Part shown: positions 25,938-39,102 of the stretch, piece by piece
How the letters are laid out: each line of letters starts with the position of its first letter
Position numbering within the stretch: position 1 is the first letter of the stretch
From: Paramecium tetraurelia
Lineage: Eukaryota
Reading direction: 5' to 3'
Assembly (NCBI GenBank): GCA_000165425.1
Contig: CT868041.1
Span: 186,001 to 250,000, forward strand
Length of the DNA: 64,000 nucleotides
Notes under the pieces: model-generated
Seen by the model: only the letters and a program-made list of their open reading frames with translations
Databases searched by the model: none
Told to the model about the DNA's origin: nothing
Position numbers and translations under genes: made by a program

Positions 25938-27307
25938 TCATCGTAACTAAGAATAGAATCCAATAAGAATTCATTGTTGAATAATATTTTAAATGGAAAC
26001 TACTATTTAAATATTGATTAATAACTTCATTAAACCTTGCTTTTTATATTCTGGATGTTATTTTTAGATGAACAAAAATATAATTATTAAATAATTTAGG
26101 TATTTGATTAAAACATCTTTATTATCATTCCTTCATTCATTTCCTATTGGTTTAGCTCTTTTAATTACTTTTATTATATAGTTTAATAATTTTTCTATAT
26201 AAATTTTCATTCTATCATTTCTACTTATTTTTGAAAAATTGATAAATGTTCTTTTATAATGTATTTCTAAAGGGTTTAATTTATAGATTAATTTTCTCTC
26301 TTTTTTATTTTCAAAAAAAGTTGTTTTCTATCATTTTTCTATGTACTAAATTAAGCATTGTTGATTATTTATGGCTAGATTTTTATGCACTTAAATTTTA
26401 GCTTATTCAATTTCAAATTTGATGACATTCAATTATAAATATATAGTCGTGATACTTCATTAATTGATCTTGTTTCTAAAAGAAATATACATGAAATATA
26501 GTAATATATTTAAAAATTAGTTAATATTAAATTCAAAATAAAATTATTCCATCTACTGATGTTTTTCTAAGGCTTTTGAATAAAGGGTTATTTGTCTTTC
26601 TATTAAATTTTATCTTTAATCCGTCGTTAATTATTCTATGTTGAAGATAGAATTTCTATTGTATTATTATTGAAGTCTTGAATAGTGTATTATAATTTAT
26701 CAATTAGGCTTGCCTTAATTTTTAATACTGATATTTTTTGCAATTCAGGTTTATTATTTTTTATGGAACCAAAATTAGAGATGGAATTATAGATGTTAAA
26801 TGGACTTTAAACAGGGGAGTTATTGCTTGAATAATCTCCATTGGTTTTAATAAAAACATTTGGGGTATTAAATTATCTTTTATTGCTTTTCACTCGATCA
26901 GTTATTTAAGTAATTAGTCTATCATTCAAGTCATGAGTATTATTGTAATTGTTAGACAAGGATCTTTGAGTAACTGTTTGTCTTTGAATCTTAGAATTAA
27001 TGGGAGATTGGTTTTAATTAAGTGGTTAAAGGATATTGATTGATGACAGAAATCTTGATTACTGTTTTGAGAGGTATTTTTGTTTTGATATCAAGATTAA
27101 GTTATCAGAATTCTAGGTTTGTTAACTTTAGTTTGAGAGCAATGAAAGTGATCCAATGGTCACAATGAACTTTTTAATTTCCAATTCTTTGGTTTACTTA
27201 TTATCCAATAACTATCTTAGCTCAGTTAGTTTGAGTAGAATTTAATTATCTAAAATATAATTTGAGAGTATTTGGATCAAATAAGAAAAAGCTCCTTTAA
27301 GTTCCAT
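25938..27307 (-). CDS. Hypothetical protein
   Basis: MELKGAFSYLIQILSNY... long Q/N/S-rich frame in the ciliate code; 3' end approximate. Confidence 0.55.
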
Positions 27308-27342
27308 TTGAATATTATAAGTAAAATTAATTTAGTATAAAA

Positions 27343-28831
27343 ATGACTTAATTATTAAAGAAGAATATTGAATTGCTGTACCCTTAATTTAGTGTTATAG
27401 AAATTTTAAGATAGAATGTATACAAGAAAACAATAATTTTGCGAAGAGGCAACAAAAATTATATTTTGAGGTTGTTTAATTTAGAAGGAATTAATAAGGA
27501 AAGAGTAACTTCAATCATCAAAATATTGAATAAGCTTTCCATAAAGAACAATCCTCATGTAATTAAATTTTATGAAGCTTCGCATGACGTTGACAATACC
27601 TATTTGGGGTATACAATCAAATGTATATTAAAGGGTTATCACTGAATACATAGAATGTTAATATTAATGTCCAATGTAGGAGAAAGATATATTGATAATT
27701 TTGATTCAAGTACAATCATAAAACTTACATAGTTATGCTCAGCACTTAGTTTATTTCATCCAAAAAGGGCACATGGTAAAATACTGTTATCAAATTTATT
27801 TTGTATTGAGAAAAATGCTATTTTGGGTGAGATGAACATATTGTTTTATTTGCATCAAGAAGAGTATTTGGATATCTATTTATTGGCACCAGAATTTGCT
27901 AAATCCAAAATATACGATTGCAAATCTGATATTTGGATGCTTGGTTTTTTAGTTTACTAGCTCATGTTCAAAGAAGCTCCTTTTAAGGCCAATAACATTA
28001 ATGTGCTACATAAATAAATCCTAAAAGGATTGAAATTTACATATAATCCTTAATATAGTTTAAATATGAATAATTTGTTAAGGATTATGTTATGTTATGA
28101 TCCTGATTTAAGACCAACAATCGAATCTATAAGATCATTTGCAGAAACAGCTTTAATAAGCTAAGAGAAAATAGATATCTTTAAATTACTACCTAAATAC
28201 AAATTAGAGTAAATTGTATTACACAAGAAAAGAGAAGAAAGAAAACCCTAATAAATTGATAATTCAATTTACTTAAATGAAGATTTGTAAAAGTATCCCT
28301 CATTTCGACCATCAAAAGTATTGAAAACCTTCAAAAAAATTCTTTCCCAAAGTCCATCTCCCAAATAGGCAATTTTAAATTTTACAGAAAAGAATGATAG
28401 TTCAATTAATAATCCAATATAATCACCATAACATCATTTCTCCTATTTGGAATAAATTGATAGCAAGAAAAATTTATCGACAGGTAAAAACTCTCATTAA
28501 TCTTAAAAATAAATTAATTAATCACAAGGAAACTCTCATTCATACCAATAAAGTTAACAAAATACCCTTTATTCTGTTTAATTGCCAAAAGTGCTAAAAT
28601 TTTAGTTTAGTAAGATTAAATTCAGGCAAGAAATGACTCCTAAAAAGGAATTTGATGAATCTAAGTATAATAATATTATTACTTTACCATTTTAGTTTAG
28701 AACAACCAATAGCAAAATATGCTTAATTACCTTAAAAGATTAATCCAATTGCAATTAAGAAATTCCCTCCAAAAATGTTATTTCATTAATATCAAGACTC
28801 AGTACTCAGATCTTTCAGTTAAAGACAATGA
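27343..28831 (+). CDS. NEK-like pseudokinase
   Basis: Kinase fold (PHVIKFYEA, LAPE, KSDIWMLG, DPDLRP) but catalytic motifs replaced: YILR, AHGKILLSN, LGEMN. Confidence 0.8.
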
Positions 28832-28939
28832 ATAAATATAATATTATCTACTTCAGAATTATAAATAATTAGAATAGGTAAATTGTAATTTAATGTTTTG
28901 TTATATTTAAAATTTAATAAACAAATCTTATTTAATACA

Positions 28940-30422
28940 TCACTTTTTACTGAATTTTGTTTACTTTAAGGTTTATCCAGTTTATTAAGGTTATTTTTAT
29001 AATAATGGTGACTATTGAGGGGGTTTCTTCTATGTTTATGTTAATTGTCTAGTAGATTGAGGATGCTACTTAGCGAATTGCTATTTGGAAAGTTGGACAC
29101 TCTATTTTTTATTGGTTGCTGATTATGATTATTATTACACAACTTAATGGTCAACTTCATCAATCTGTTACAGTTATGTTTAGATTTTAGGTCTAATTAA
29201 AGTATAAAATTACTTATTAGTAGCAGTGCTTAAGGTATTTTCATTAGTAACAAAAGGATGGTTTAAGAGTTCTATTGAAGTGATTCTTTTCTTTGGTTCT
29301 GGTTCCAAGGCACGATACAAACAATCCAGACAATTTTGAGAGAGCTTGTTATTGAATTCATGAGGAATGTTGACTCTCCCCTCTGAAATTTAAGCAATAA
29401 TCTCTTTATTGGTGTTACCGGTAAATGGTAATGTGCCAAATAGCATACCATATAATATGATACCCATTGACCATACATCCACTAGAGGGGAGACTGCCTT
29501 GTCCATTCCTAATAAGATATTTTTGGAATGAAAATACCTTTGAGCAATTCAGGAGCCATATATCGAAGACTGCCTGCATCTGCATTTTCTGGATTGTCAT
29601 TAGATGCAAAGCCGGAGATGCCAAAGTCAATACATTTGATGATGCCAGAATCTTTGCTGGTCAACAATAGGTTTTCTAATTTTAAATCTCTATGAATTAT
29701 CTTCTTCTGATGACAATATGATATTGCACTGACCAACTATTTAAAATAATGTCTAGCCTCATTCTCCTCGAATCTCCCTTTGGTTTACAAATATTAAAGC
29801 AATTCACCGCCCTCCAAATATTCCATAATATAAACAGTTTATAAATTCTGTAAAAAGAAGGCATTATAAATTTTGACTATGTTATCGTGTTTTAGAGACT
29901 TGAGTGCTCTTGCTTCTCTGAAGATCATATCCACATCCTCATTATGATAAATGTTTACTTAGGCATTTGTCATCATTTACTTAACCATGTTTGATAGCTA
30001 CCTTCTCGCCTGTTTGCTTGTGTCTTCCCAGTACGACCTTTCCAAAGCCTCCTTCTCCGATATCTTACAATTGTTCATACTCTGCCAATTAAAAGCTTTC
30101 GTCGAATTCTTCACCTTTAAATAACTTACACATGGACTCTTACCTTTGGATGCAAATAACACAGTTCCATTTTTTATATAATCCAAATCGTCCTCAGTTA
30201 TTTCTACGCCCTCCTAATTGAAGAGTCTCAAGCGATTAAACTGAGTGTCCCATTTTTATTGCAAAGATTTACGTATTTCACTAAATTTAGTATTATCTCT
30301 GATTGTTAAGGTGCAACATAAATTGGAATTGCCATTACGATATATTTTGATCTAGTTTTAATATTGCATTCTACATCTTTGTTGTTTGTTGTTGGTTAAT
30401 AATCATCATAAAATTGATCCAT
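28940..30422 (-). CDS. SNF1/CAMK-like Ser/Thr kinase with N-terminal beta-grasp-like domain; apparent extra base near 29989
   Basis: IGEGGFGKV, KVAIK, IHRDLKLENLL, IDFG, AGSLRYMAPE, DVWSMG; N-terminal RLFNQEGVEITEDDLDYIKNGTVLFASKGEEF. Confidence 0.9.
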
Positions 30423-30583
30423 ATTTATAATTAGATTTTAATAGCATATATATTGAATTAAATTTCATATTTTGCCACTGCTTCCTCTCACTTCAAATTT
30501 GAATCTCACCACCACTCTCTCCTCATTATTTTTAATATATTATTCTATGATATATTTACTAAATATTTTATTAAATCATTAAA

Positions 30584-31247
30584 ATGAAAGTGGATTTTTT
30601 AACGCGTTTTAAAGGAAGGACTTCTACAATGAACAAGCGTGAAGGAGTCATTGGCATCATTAAATCAAATGGAACTCCCATTGAGAAAATGCCTGCCTCC
30701 TACACCTTTAGTTCATACATCTCCAATTAGAATGCCTATAACTATTCAGATATTGAAAAGCACTCACAACCCTCCAACGACGTGACTCCAACAAGCAAAG
30801 ACCCAGTAGGTCATTACCAACATTAAAACATTCAACAAAAGTAGAAAATTATCACATGCCTCTCCATTGAAACCTGGAACCAATATGTCCAGACCATGTA
30901 TAGATCACAATTTGTCCCCGATAAAGAAATGTATTAATTCCCACTCTCGAAAACTGGGTCGGTCAATTTAAACGATTATGAATTGATTGCAATACCTAAA
31001 AGTGTGTTGTGTATATAACTATTTAAAATTATTAGAATATGGTATTAGAGTAGAACATCCAGATGGTGACCAACCAAAATCAACTGTCTTGCCAAATATC
31101 TCAAGACAATACTACTCTAAGTCCCAATCCCTTGATTTACAATAAGATAGACCAATGGTCAAATCAGAAATATTAAACTAAGGTTCCTATGCAAAACAAA
31201 AAGAAAAAAGAAGTCTTCTCATAGCCGGAATGAATTCAATTAAATGA
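30584..31247 (+). CDS. Hypothetical protein
   Basis: MKVDFLTRFKGRTST..., one 25-nt intron, TGA 31245-31247. Confidence 0.7.
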
Positions 31248-31366
31248 TTGCCTTTTTTTCTGATATCGGAGGAGTAAAAATCTTTGATGTTTGAAAATTA
31301 TTAATAAAATTATACTCACACTAAATTATTCAAAGCTATACGAATCATATGAGAGTACAAATCCAA

Positions 31367-32350
31367 TGAAATCTAATAATAAAGAAAATATATTTGAAAG
31401 TTCGCCCTCTATCAAACTAGATTAAATGAGAAACTCTTATTGTGATTCGTGAATAGAGAAAGAGACAAACAATTATATTAGAAATAGTAGAAGATCACAT
31501 ATAGAGTTGTTAGGAAAAATACATGCTCTTAAAGCATGTAGAGATATTTATCTATCAGATGTAAAGAACAATATAAGTTCATTTTCCAGCAGTTTGAATA
31601 TATATTAACTTAACTGGATTTAAAGATACTTGATAATTTGCTGAATTTAAAAACAAACCTTATATCAGTTTCTTAAAATTCAGTTGAGAGTATCTACACT
31701 TAAAGAGTAAATATTAATTATCAGAACAGAAAGAACTAGGATTAAAAAATAATATTTGTACTTAGATTTCTTAATATTCTTAGCTCTAGTAAATTTAAAG
31801 AAATTTTTATAAAGCTTATATCATTAAAAGTAAACTGCACATATGTTAATAAACAGATTTGATAAAAATAAGATGAGAGTTTAAGGATAAAAAACTTAAA
31901 ATCTAAAGTTGTATGAATCATTAGATTCATTCTGAACATTTATGCTTAATTGTTAGATGCATAAATTTATACAAATAGATTAAGGATGATATTTCAAAGA
32001 ATTAAACTAATTATGATTATTACTAATATTATTTTCGTTTATTTTTACTTTCTTTGTCTACAGAAGGGTAATGAACTTGATGTATGAAGAATTTAACAGT
32101 CTTTTTCAAGTGATTTACTCTGAGACAACTTAAAATCAATTTTAAAGAAATTAAGTAAGCAACCTTTAATGAATGAAAGGGAGAAATTCTAAGTAAATAA
32201 AATGCTAACGTATAACGATATAACTAATCAAAAATCAAAAATATAGAGAAAATCACATTCACTCCCTACTTTATAATATCTTATCTAATAAGTGTTTTTT
32301 TATTAATTTTCTATTTTCCTTAGATAAATATAAATATTATCATTTCTAAC
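31367..32350 (+). pseudogene. Probable decayed gene
   Basis: Coding-like composition after ATG 31367, but in-frame TGAs that I could not remove with normal short introns. Confidence 0.3.
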
Positions 32351-32482
32351 CTGAATGATTTATATGTAATATATGTCTAGTATGTGTAAGATCAATCAGT
32401 GCAAACTCAAGAACAGAATATCGTAATATAATTATAAAACAATTTAATATATGTGTACTATTTTGCGCTTTCATTTAATCAC

Positions 32483-32848
32483 TCAAGCCTATAATTCTTA
32501 ATCGATTCTTGCTTTTCCATCTTAGGTAAGTTGTAAACTGACAACCAATTTCACTCTCTTTCTTCCATCAATATCAGCTGTGAATGAATTAATTTTAGTT
32601 ATTGTGACCAAACCTTTACATATATATTAAGTTATACCTTATCTTTATAAATTTTCAGCAACTCTAACACTGATTTTAGTAGCTTCACCTAAAGCATGCA
32701 ATTCAACATTTTGGAATTTCTTCAAAAATATTTTTGAAATGAATATGAATTCTCTTGCATTCTTCTTAGAAGAGATGTGTAAATTATTATCTTATGGATC
32801 GAGTTTTTACTTTTAACCTCTTGATTGCTATTAGGTGACTGTGCTCAT
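32483..32848 (-). CDS. Alba-family nucleic-acid-binding protein
   Basis: LHISSKKNAREFIFISKIFLKKFQNVELHALGEATKISVRVAENLQRQG...RVKLVVSL; one 24-nt intron. Confidence 0.88.
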
Positions 32849-33847
32849 TTTTATTTAAAAAATAAATATCTAATTTTAATATAAAAGGAAATTATTTCAT
32901 GTTAATTCAATACTTCCAAAATTCAATAGATATTCATTTCTTGACTATTCTTTTTTGATAAATGCATAAATATCAATTCTTCCCCAAGCAATCAACTTTT
33001 ATCCATTAATCAAGAATTCTAAAACCCAAATTTTTTTTAATTATTAAAAATAATTGCACATTAAAAGTGCTCTATTTATGATCTAATTAAGCAAAAAATA
33101 AACTTAAACTTAAAAGCTCAAAGTAAATGAATCAGAAAATTAATGAGAATGATAATTAATCTATAATTCTTAAGAATAGTCTCCAAAATCAACACATTAA
33201 AGTAAAGGTTACAAGATAATTATATAATAAGTTACTATATAGGGTCGTCAAACTTAAAGTGCAAGATTCCTATAATATTCCCTCTCTAAATTCAATACTA
33301 TATGCTTATATAATATACTTACCTTAGATATTATAATCTAATTTATAATTATCATATAAGTTAATCCAATAAATTTTATTTACCAGAACTACTTTTTTTT
33401 GGTTAACCTAATTAATTATAAACATGTTTGTTCTGATTGCAAGATAATCAATTATGAAGATGCTTGATAATCACGTTATTTTTGTTTAGAAATGAATTTT
33501 TAGAATTAGATATTACATTCTTAATGTTATTACTCTTCAATTTAGAGAACATTTAGATGTGATTTTTTAGAGTGGTCATTCTAATTTAAAGTTTAAGAGA
33601 AAACCTATCATAGATTCAATAGAACCACTAAATAGAAATAAAAGAGTTGAAATAGAAGTCTAACATCATTATTTCTCAAGAATCTCATAAAACTCTGTCA
33701 TAAACATATTTTGTTTTAATATTTTAAGAGATCAAAACACAATTTATTAAAGTTCTTTGTTTAATTCAAATTATCTATTAACAATAAGAAATTATAAATA
33801 AACGTGTAAATATGAAACTTAATTATAAAAATTAAAAATTAAAAATA

Positions 33848-33920
33848 TGGAGCAACCGAGCTTCGATCTCAGCGCCTCATGCATGCTAAGCATACGCTCT
33901 ACCAAATGAGCTATTACCCC
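33848..33920 (-). tRNA. tRNA-Ala (AGC)
   Basis: GGGGTAATAGCTCATTTGGTAGAGCGTATGCTTAGCATGCATGAGGCGCTGAGATCGAAGCTCGGTTGCTCCA: cloverleaf, AGC anticodon, G3:U70 identity pair, oligo-T terminator downstream. Confidence 0.96.
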
Positions 33921-34230
33921 ACGTTCGAAAATAAGGTTGTGCAAAACTATTTATTCACCTCTAAAGTGATTCTAATAATAAAATCAATTAAATTAACACA
34001 GCTAAGGTAAATACAATATGGTAATTTAGTGAAGTTTTTAATATCAATTGTAGAATCAAAAATGATTTTAGGTTGATAGTCTGCTGCATAGAAGAAATCA
34101 TCCAATAGCTCTTGAGAAAACTAGTATCAAATATGTCATTTGCAAATAATATGATTTAAAAACTTTTTAATTATTAAAGTCAATTATTACTAACTTTATT
34201 ATCAGTTCTATTTCTATAATTTCGATAATA

Positions 34231-34704
34231 TCAAAATTGTGATAAATCATTTTCTGAATCACGAGTTTCATCATTATCAATAGTATATTGGCTATGCTCT
34301 AAGTTGGGTAATGGCAGGTTTTCTAGTATGCTAAGCGAACTATTAAGACAGCCATATTTTTGTCTCTGTTATAACACCAGCTCCGCCTCTTCCATGAAAA
34401 TAGGCCTCACTATAGATTGCGTTAAACGACTTATTCTATCATTAAAGCGCAAATGAACAGAAAAAGTATGTAACCTCCCTTAAAGAGCCAGCCATAATTC
34501 TCTAACGCTATCTAAAAGTGGTTTATTTCTTAGATCTGGAAAGTTTTCATTTAATTCTTCTGGACTGAATTCTCCTTTTTTATCATAGAAAAATTCTAAA
34601 AGGGCAACTGAGTAGAACATGATATCCTCGCAATACATTTTGATATCCTTACGCACATCATCATTGTTGAAGTAAAAACACTTTCTAATAGTGTTATTTT
34701 TCAT
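34231..34704 (-). CDS. Intronless hypothetical ORF (157 aa), possibly a truncated relic
   Basis: MKNNTIRKCFYFNNDDVRKDIKMYCEDIMFY... open to TGA at 34231; protein-like sequence continues downstream in other frames. Confidence 0.5.
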
Positions 34705-34737
34705 AAAATAATAATATTAATTTTTACAAATCAGTGT

Positions 34738-36290
34738 ATGAAACAAGATAGCAATATTCAAAGCCATAAAAAATCTTTTAAAACCAATCATCAGATAATG
34801 AGGGATTGTTTTTTAAGGAAATATTTCTTGAAGAATACTTTCTCAACAAGAAAATTTAAAGAAGGTTAGATTGGAAAATCTATATTTAAATATGCATTAA
34901 ATTATCATTCGTGCTACGATGAATTATATACTAATTGCCAAGATTAACAAGTTTGATTGTTAGATGCCCATCGTTGAAAGAACTATTTAGAAAGAAATAT
35001 AAATAAAAAGAAAAAACTACTATTCAGGATTTATCCTAGACAATTAAAAGAAGTTCAATTAGGATAAGAGTAAAAGCTTGAAAACACATAAAAGTTTCAA
35101 AACTGCATAAAATATATGAAAGATATAGAATTTTCCATGGATTATCTTAGAAGGTAAGCAATAATATTGTTTACCTCTGTACTTAGCCATCCAGTATTAC
35201 GTATGGTGGTTTTTATAGTGGTACTGGCATAATTGTTGTATTTCAAAATGATAGTTTAAGTACTCTTAAAGTTCAATCCATTTACAAAGATACCAATATT
35301 ATACACTTAATTTATTCATAAATTTGATTACAATAAAAATATAAAAAAAGGAAGAATGTTTAAAACTTTTGAACAAATTCCCACCCTCATTACTGACAGA
35401 TATATTAGTAACCATAGTAAGAGATCTTTCTACATTTTGTGAGGGAGCAATAATGAAATTTATGTTAGGATGATAGATAAAACGGGTCAATCGTATGTGA
35501 AATAACTACAAAGCTTTATGATTCGACTAGCAGTTTCTAAATAGGAGACAATTCCAAGATTTTTTCGCGTTTCTCTTCCAAAGGAGTTGAAAATCTTTAT
35601 CTAGATTGCTGAGGTGAAGAAGTGAAATACAAAATTTTAATATTAAACAAACTGCTCTAATCGGAAAAATAGATTGAAGTTATGAGGATCTTGAGCTAAA
35701 AGATTAAAGAATTCATAGACTGCTTTCACTGATTATAGCAGATGATTTGATAGATGTTGAAAGATTAAACAGTACATAGATTTAAGTATCATTCAATTTT
35801 ACTACTTGTAGATATTAAGAACAATTGAAGAAATGTAAAAAAAATGAAATATTTTAAAATTCAGGTGCAATCGGCGTGCTTACTATCATAAGAATTCCAT
35901 AAAGAAATGAAAAAAGTTAAAAATCTTAAGTTTGCTCATAAAGTATATTAACGATACTTTTTTATCGATGAATGGCTAAATTGAAATAGACGAAAAAGAA
36001 AAGCGGTAAATATAGAAAAAAAACATTTGTAATATAATGGAACTCAATATAGAAAAATACTCGGCATTGTAAGATAAAATGGAAGAACAAAAAAAAGCAG
36101 CAGAAAGGACAATAACAAGACCCGAAGTGAATGTCTATGTTACTAGAAGGAGTTGGATAGCAAATTTAAAGAGAGAGACAGCTACAATACAAAAATCCCA
36201 AAGACTTTTCAGAATCATTAAATTCCAAAAAGGATGTAGCATCGAATGAGAATACAAGATCATCCCAAACTAAGTTTGTTCATAGAATGA
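34738..36290 (+). pseudogene. Decayed coding sequence
   Basis: Protein-like segments alternate between frames with multiple TGA stops; one intron-like GTAAG..TAG. Confidence 0.4.
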
Positions 36291-36369
36291 AAGTGATTTA
36301 TAGAGTTTTCCATAGAGGAACAAGAATGAAATTTAAGAATTTTATTATTAATAATTATACAAATGATAC

Positions 36370-36927
36370 TCATGATTATGATAAGATCAATGACACAATT
36401 AAACCATACAAGGCCAATGCTTCTGCGAAGATGAGGATTAAAATCAATCCTACAAATAACCTTTCTTATTATGCATTTCCCCTGACACCAACATCTCCAA
36501 CAATTCCTATAGCAAATCCTGCTGCAATACAACTACATCCACAACATAATCCAGAGGCCATGTGAGCAAAACCAGATTTATAAGAGTATTCTAAGGGATT
36601 TTTTACTATTTTATAATCCAATTGGATTAATACCTTTCTATGAGAGCAACACAGCAACGATCATACCATAGATACCCAAAATACCTGCCATAACTACAGG
36701 GATCAATGATTTCATGATGATTTCAGGTTTCCATATACCAATGGCTGCAATTCCAGCTCCAGCCTTAAATGTTCCATATCCTGCTCCCAAATCTATAATA
36801 AATATATCGATAATATGTCAATACTTGCTAATACCAATGCCATAGTGACTCCCATGAAACCAAAGAATGAGGATGCACTGATAGAAGTAGTATCAGAACT
36901 CACCATAGTATCAAGAATAAAAAGCAT
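36370..36927 (-). CDS. VMA3: V-type ATPase V0 proteolipid subunit c
   Basis: [65 protein letters not shown]; two introns. Confidence 0.97.
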
Positions 36928-37028
36928 TTTATTTTATTTATTATTCAATATTTTATGGAGAGAAATGTTAAAAAAGTATTATTAAGGAATATCAAATTCA
37001 ACAAATTAGAAATTATTTTGATAATCAA

Positions 37029-38551
37029 TCATCCTTCTTGTCCGAATTCACTTGTCCAATCTTCGTATTTTTTAAGATCACCTTAAGAAACAGATGGTCT
37101 ACACTTAGGAAGTACACTTAAGAAGTCATCCTATTAAAATCATGAAAACTAATACATATTCGATATGAGGTAAATATAATTGTCCTCCTTTGATATCATA
37201 CATTCTCATCTGTTGTCCTTCAGGATCAGAAGGAGAACAAGCCATGTATTTCATTCCCTGTGGAGTCTAGGTTTATTTGAAATGAGTAGCCCTTTCGGTT
37301 TTTCTTAAAGGTTCAAAACAAGCATCTCTTACTAAAGTATTCATGTCAGACCCTGAATATCCCTCCAACATCTTAGCAATATCTTCAAATTCTGCTGGGG
37401 TTAAATTATTAGGAGTGCTTTTCATTTTGTTTTTCAACAATTATAATCTCCCTTATACATCAGGCAGGGGGATATAGATCCTCTTTTCAAATCTACAAAT
37501 GGTATTGTAAATGACTTTACCTTCTTCTAATGGCTGGATCTAAGGACCATGGCAAGTTTGTGGCACCCAAAACTAGAACTGACTCATTGTTATTGCCAAC
37601 CCCTTGCATTTCCACTAAGAATTGAGTCTTCACTCTGGATGAGGCTTCATTTCCACCTCCACTCTCTCTATTTCCAGTCATTGAATCCACTTCATCTATG
37701 AATATAATTGTTGGTTTTGATTCTCTAGCCATATTAAATAACTCTTTGATCAATCTCTCTGATTCTCCTACGAATTTCGATATTAAATCAGCAGAAGATA
37801 CAGAGAAGAATGTACCTTCACATTCTGTTGCACATGCTTTTGCTAAAAATGTTTTCCCTGTTCCTGGAGGCTAAAATATTTCAATGTTGTTGTACTCCGT
37901 ATAAGAGGATTCCCATCCAAGGTTTGCGTGCTCCTTAAAAGAGTTCTGGGAATCTCATCGGCGTTATTATTGCTTCTTTCAAAGAATCCTTAGCTTTCTC
38001 CAAGCCAGCAACATCATCCCAACTGACGTTAGGCTTCTCTGTGACTATAGCTGTAGATAGATTATTCCTCAAAGCTTATTGTCCTTCGACAAGTCTTATT
38101 ATTAGATAACACACTTTACTTTGATTTCCCTTGATCTTGAACGTCTTATGGGTTTGTGCTTTTGTTCATTCCATTGTTACCATTCGAGGGTTTTTATTAG
38201 GAGGGTTACGGATTTTATGAGAACTATTATTATTGCTATAAAGGCTGAAGTTGGGATTGCCCCTACATGCTTGCTTTGTAATTTTCTAAATAAGCCTTCA
38301 TGTTTTGCATCTCAGTGGTAAACTCATTTAACTTTTAACTGGCAATTTGACACAACTATTAGTTTGTCTCTTGTCTGGCATATTTTACTAACTCTTAGCA
38401 TCCCAATTTCATTTTATCATAACCTCCCTATTTTGCTTCTAATGTAGTTCCTGCCAAGTATTCATTTTTACCTACAATCAATATTCCAATTACCTTGTGC
38501 TATCAATTAGATTGCCTAATCACGTATTTTGTTTAAAAATCCTTCTGACAT
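37029..38551 (-). CDS. VPS4: Vacuolar protein sorting 4 AAA ATPase
   Basis: N-terminal MIT-like region, [56 protein letters not shown]-terminal EFGQEG. Confidence 0.96.
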
Positions 38552-39102
38552 TAAAAATAATAACAAAATATTCAATAAAAAATGCTCTTGAAAATATTTT
38601 GAAATCATAAATCCCACATTAATCTCCATATGGAATCATTTTGTAATAAATCAAAATTATAACACAAAAAAAATTTCAATGATTTTTCCCTTCTAATCAA
38701 AACACAAAATTTATCCATATTTAGGTATTCCATATCGACATCTATGAAGCATCCAAAAAATAATTTCTCAATAATGATCCATAACCTATTTTACATTCCA
38801 TAAGTTACTAATTCTACTTCTAATTGATTTAATTTACTTAATTGAATTTTCTATCGATTATACTAAAGAAACCTATCTTTCCTTTTGAGATTTGAATATT
38901 CTTCTGATATTTATTGTACTCCCCTTGTAGAATGAACCTATTATTATATAAGTATGTTAGATAATCTTTGGATATTTTATATGCATAAAGATAATATTAG
39001 AAATTTTGTGTATTATAAAATTCATGTGCGATACAATTAAAATCAAATTGACTCTTACCAATATATTCTAGCATGAATTCAATTAATATAATATTTAATT
39101 AA

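Noticed and set aside
38605..39074. ~155-codon minus-strand open frame
   Set aside because: With TGA as the only stop, frames of this length arise by chance; no motif support.
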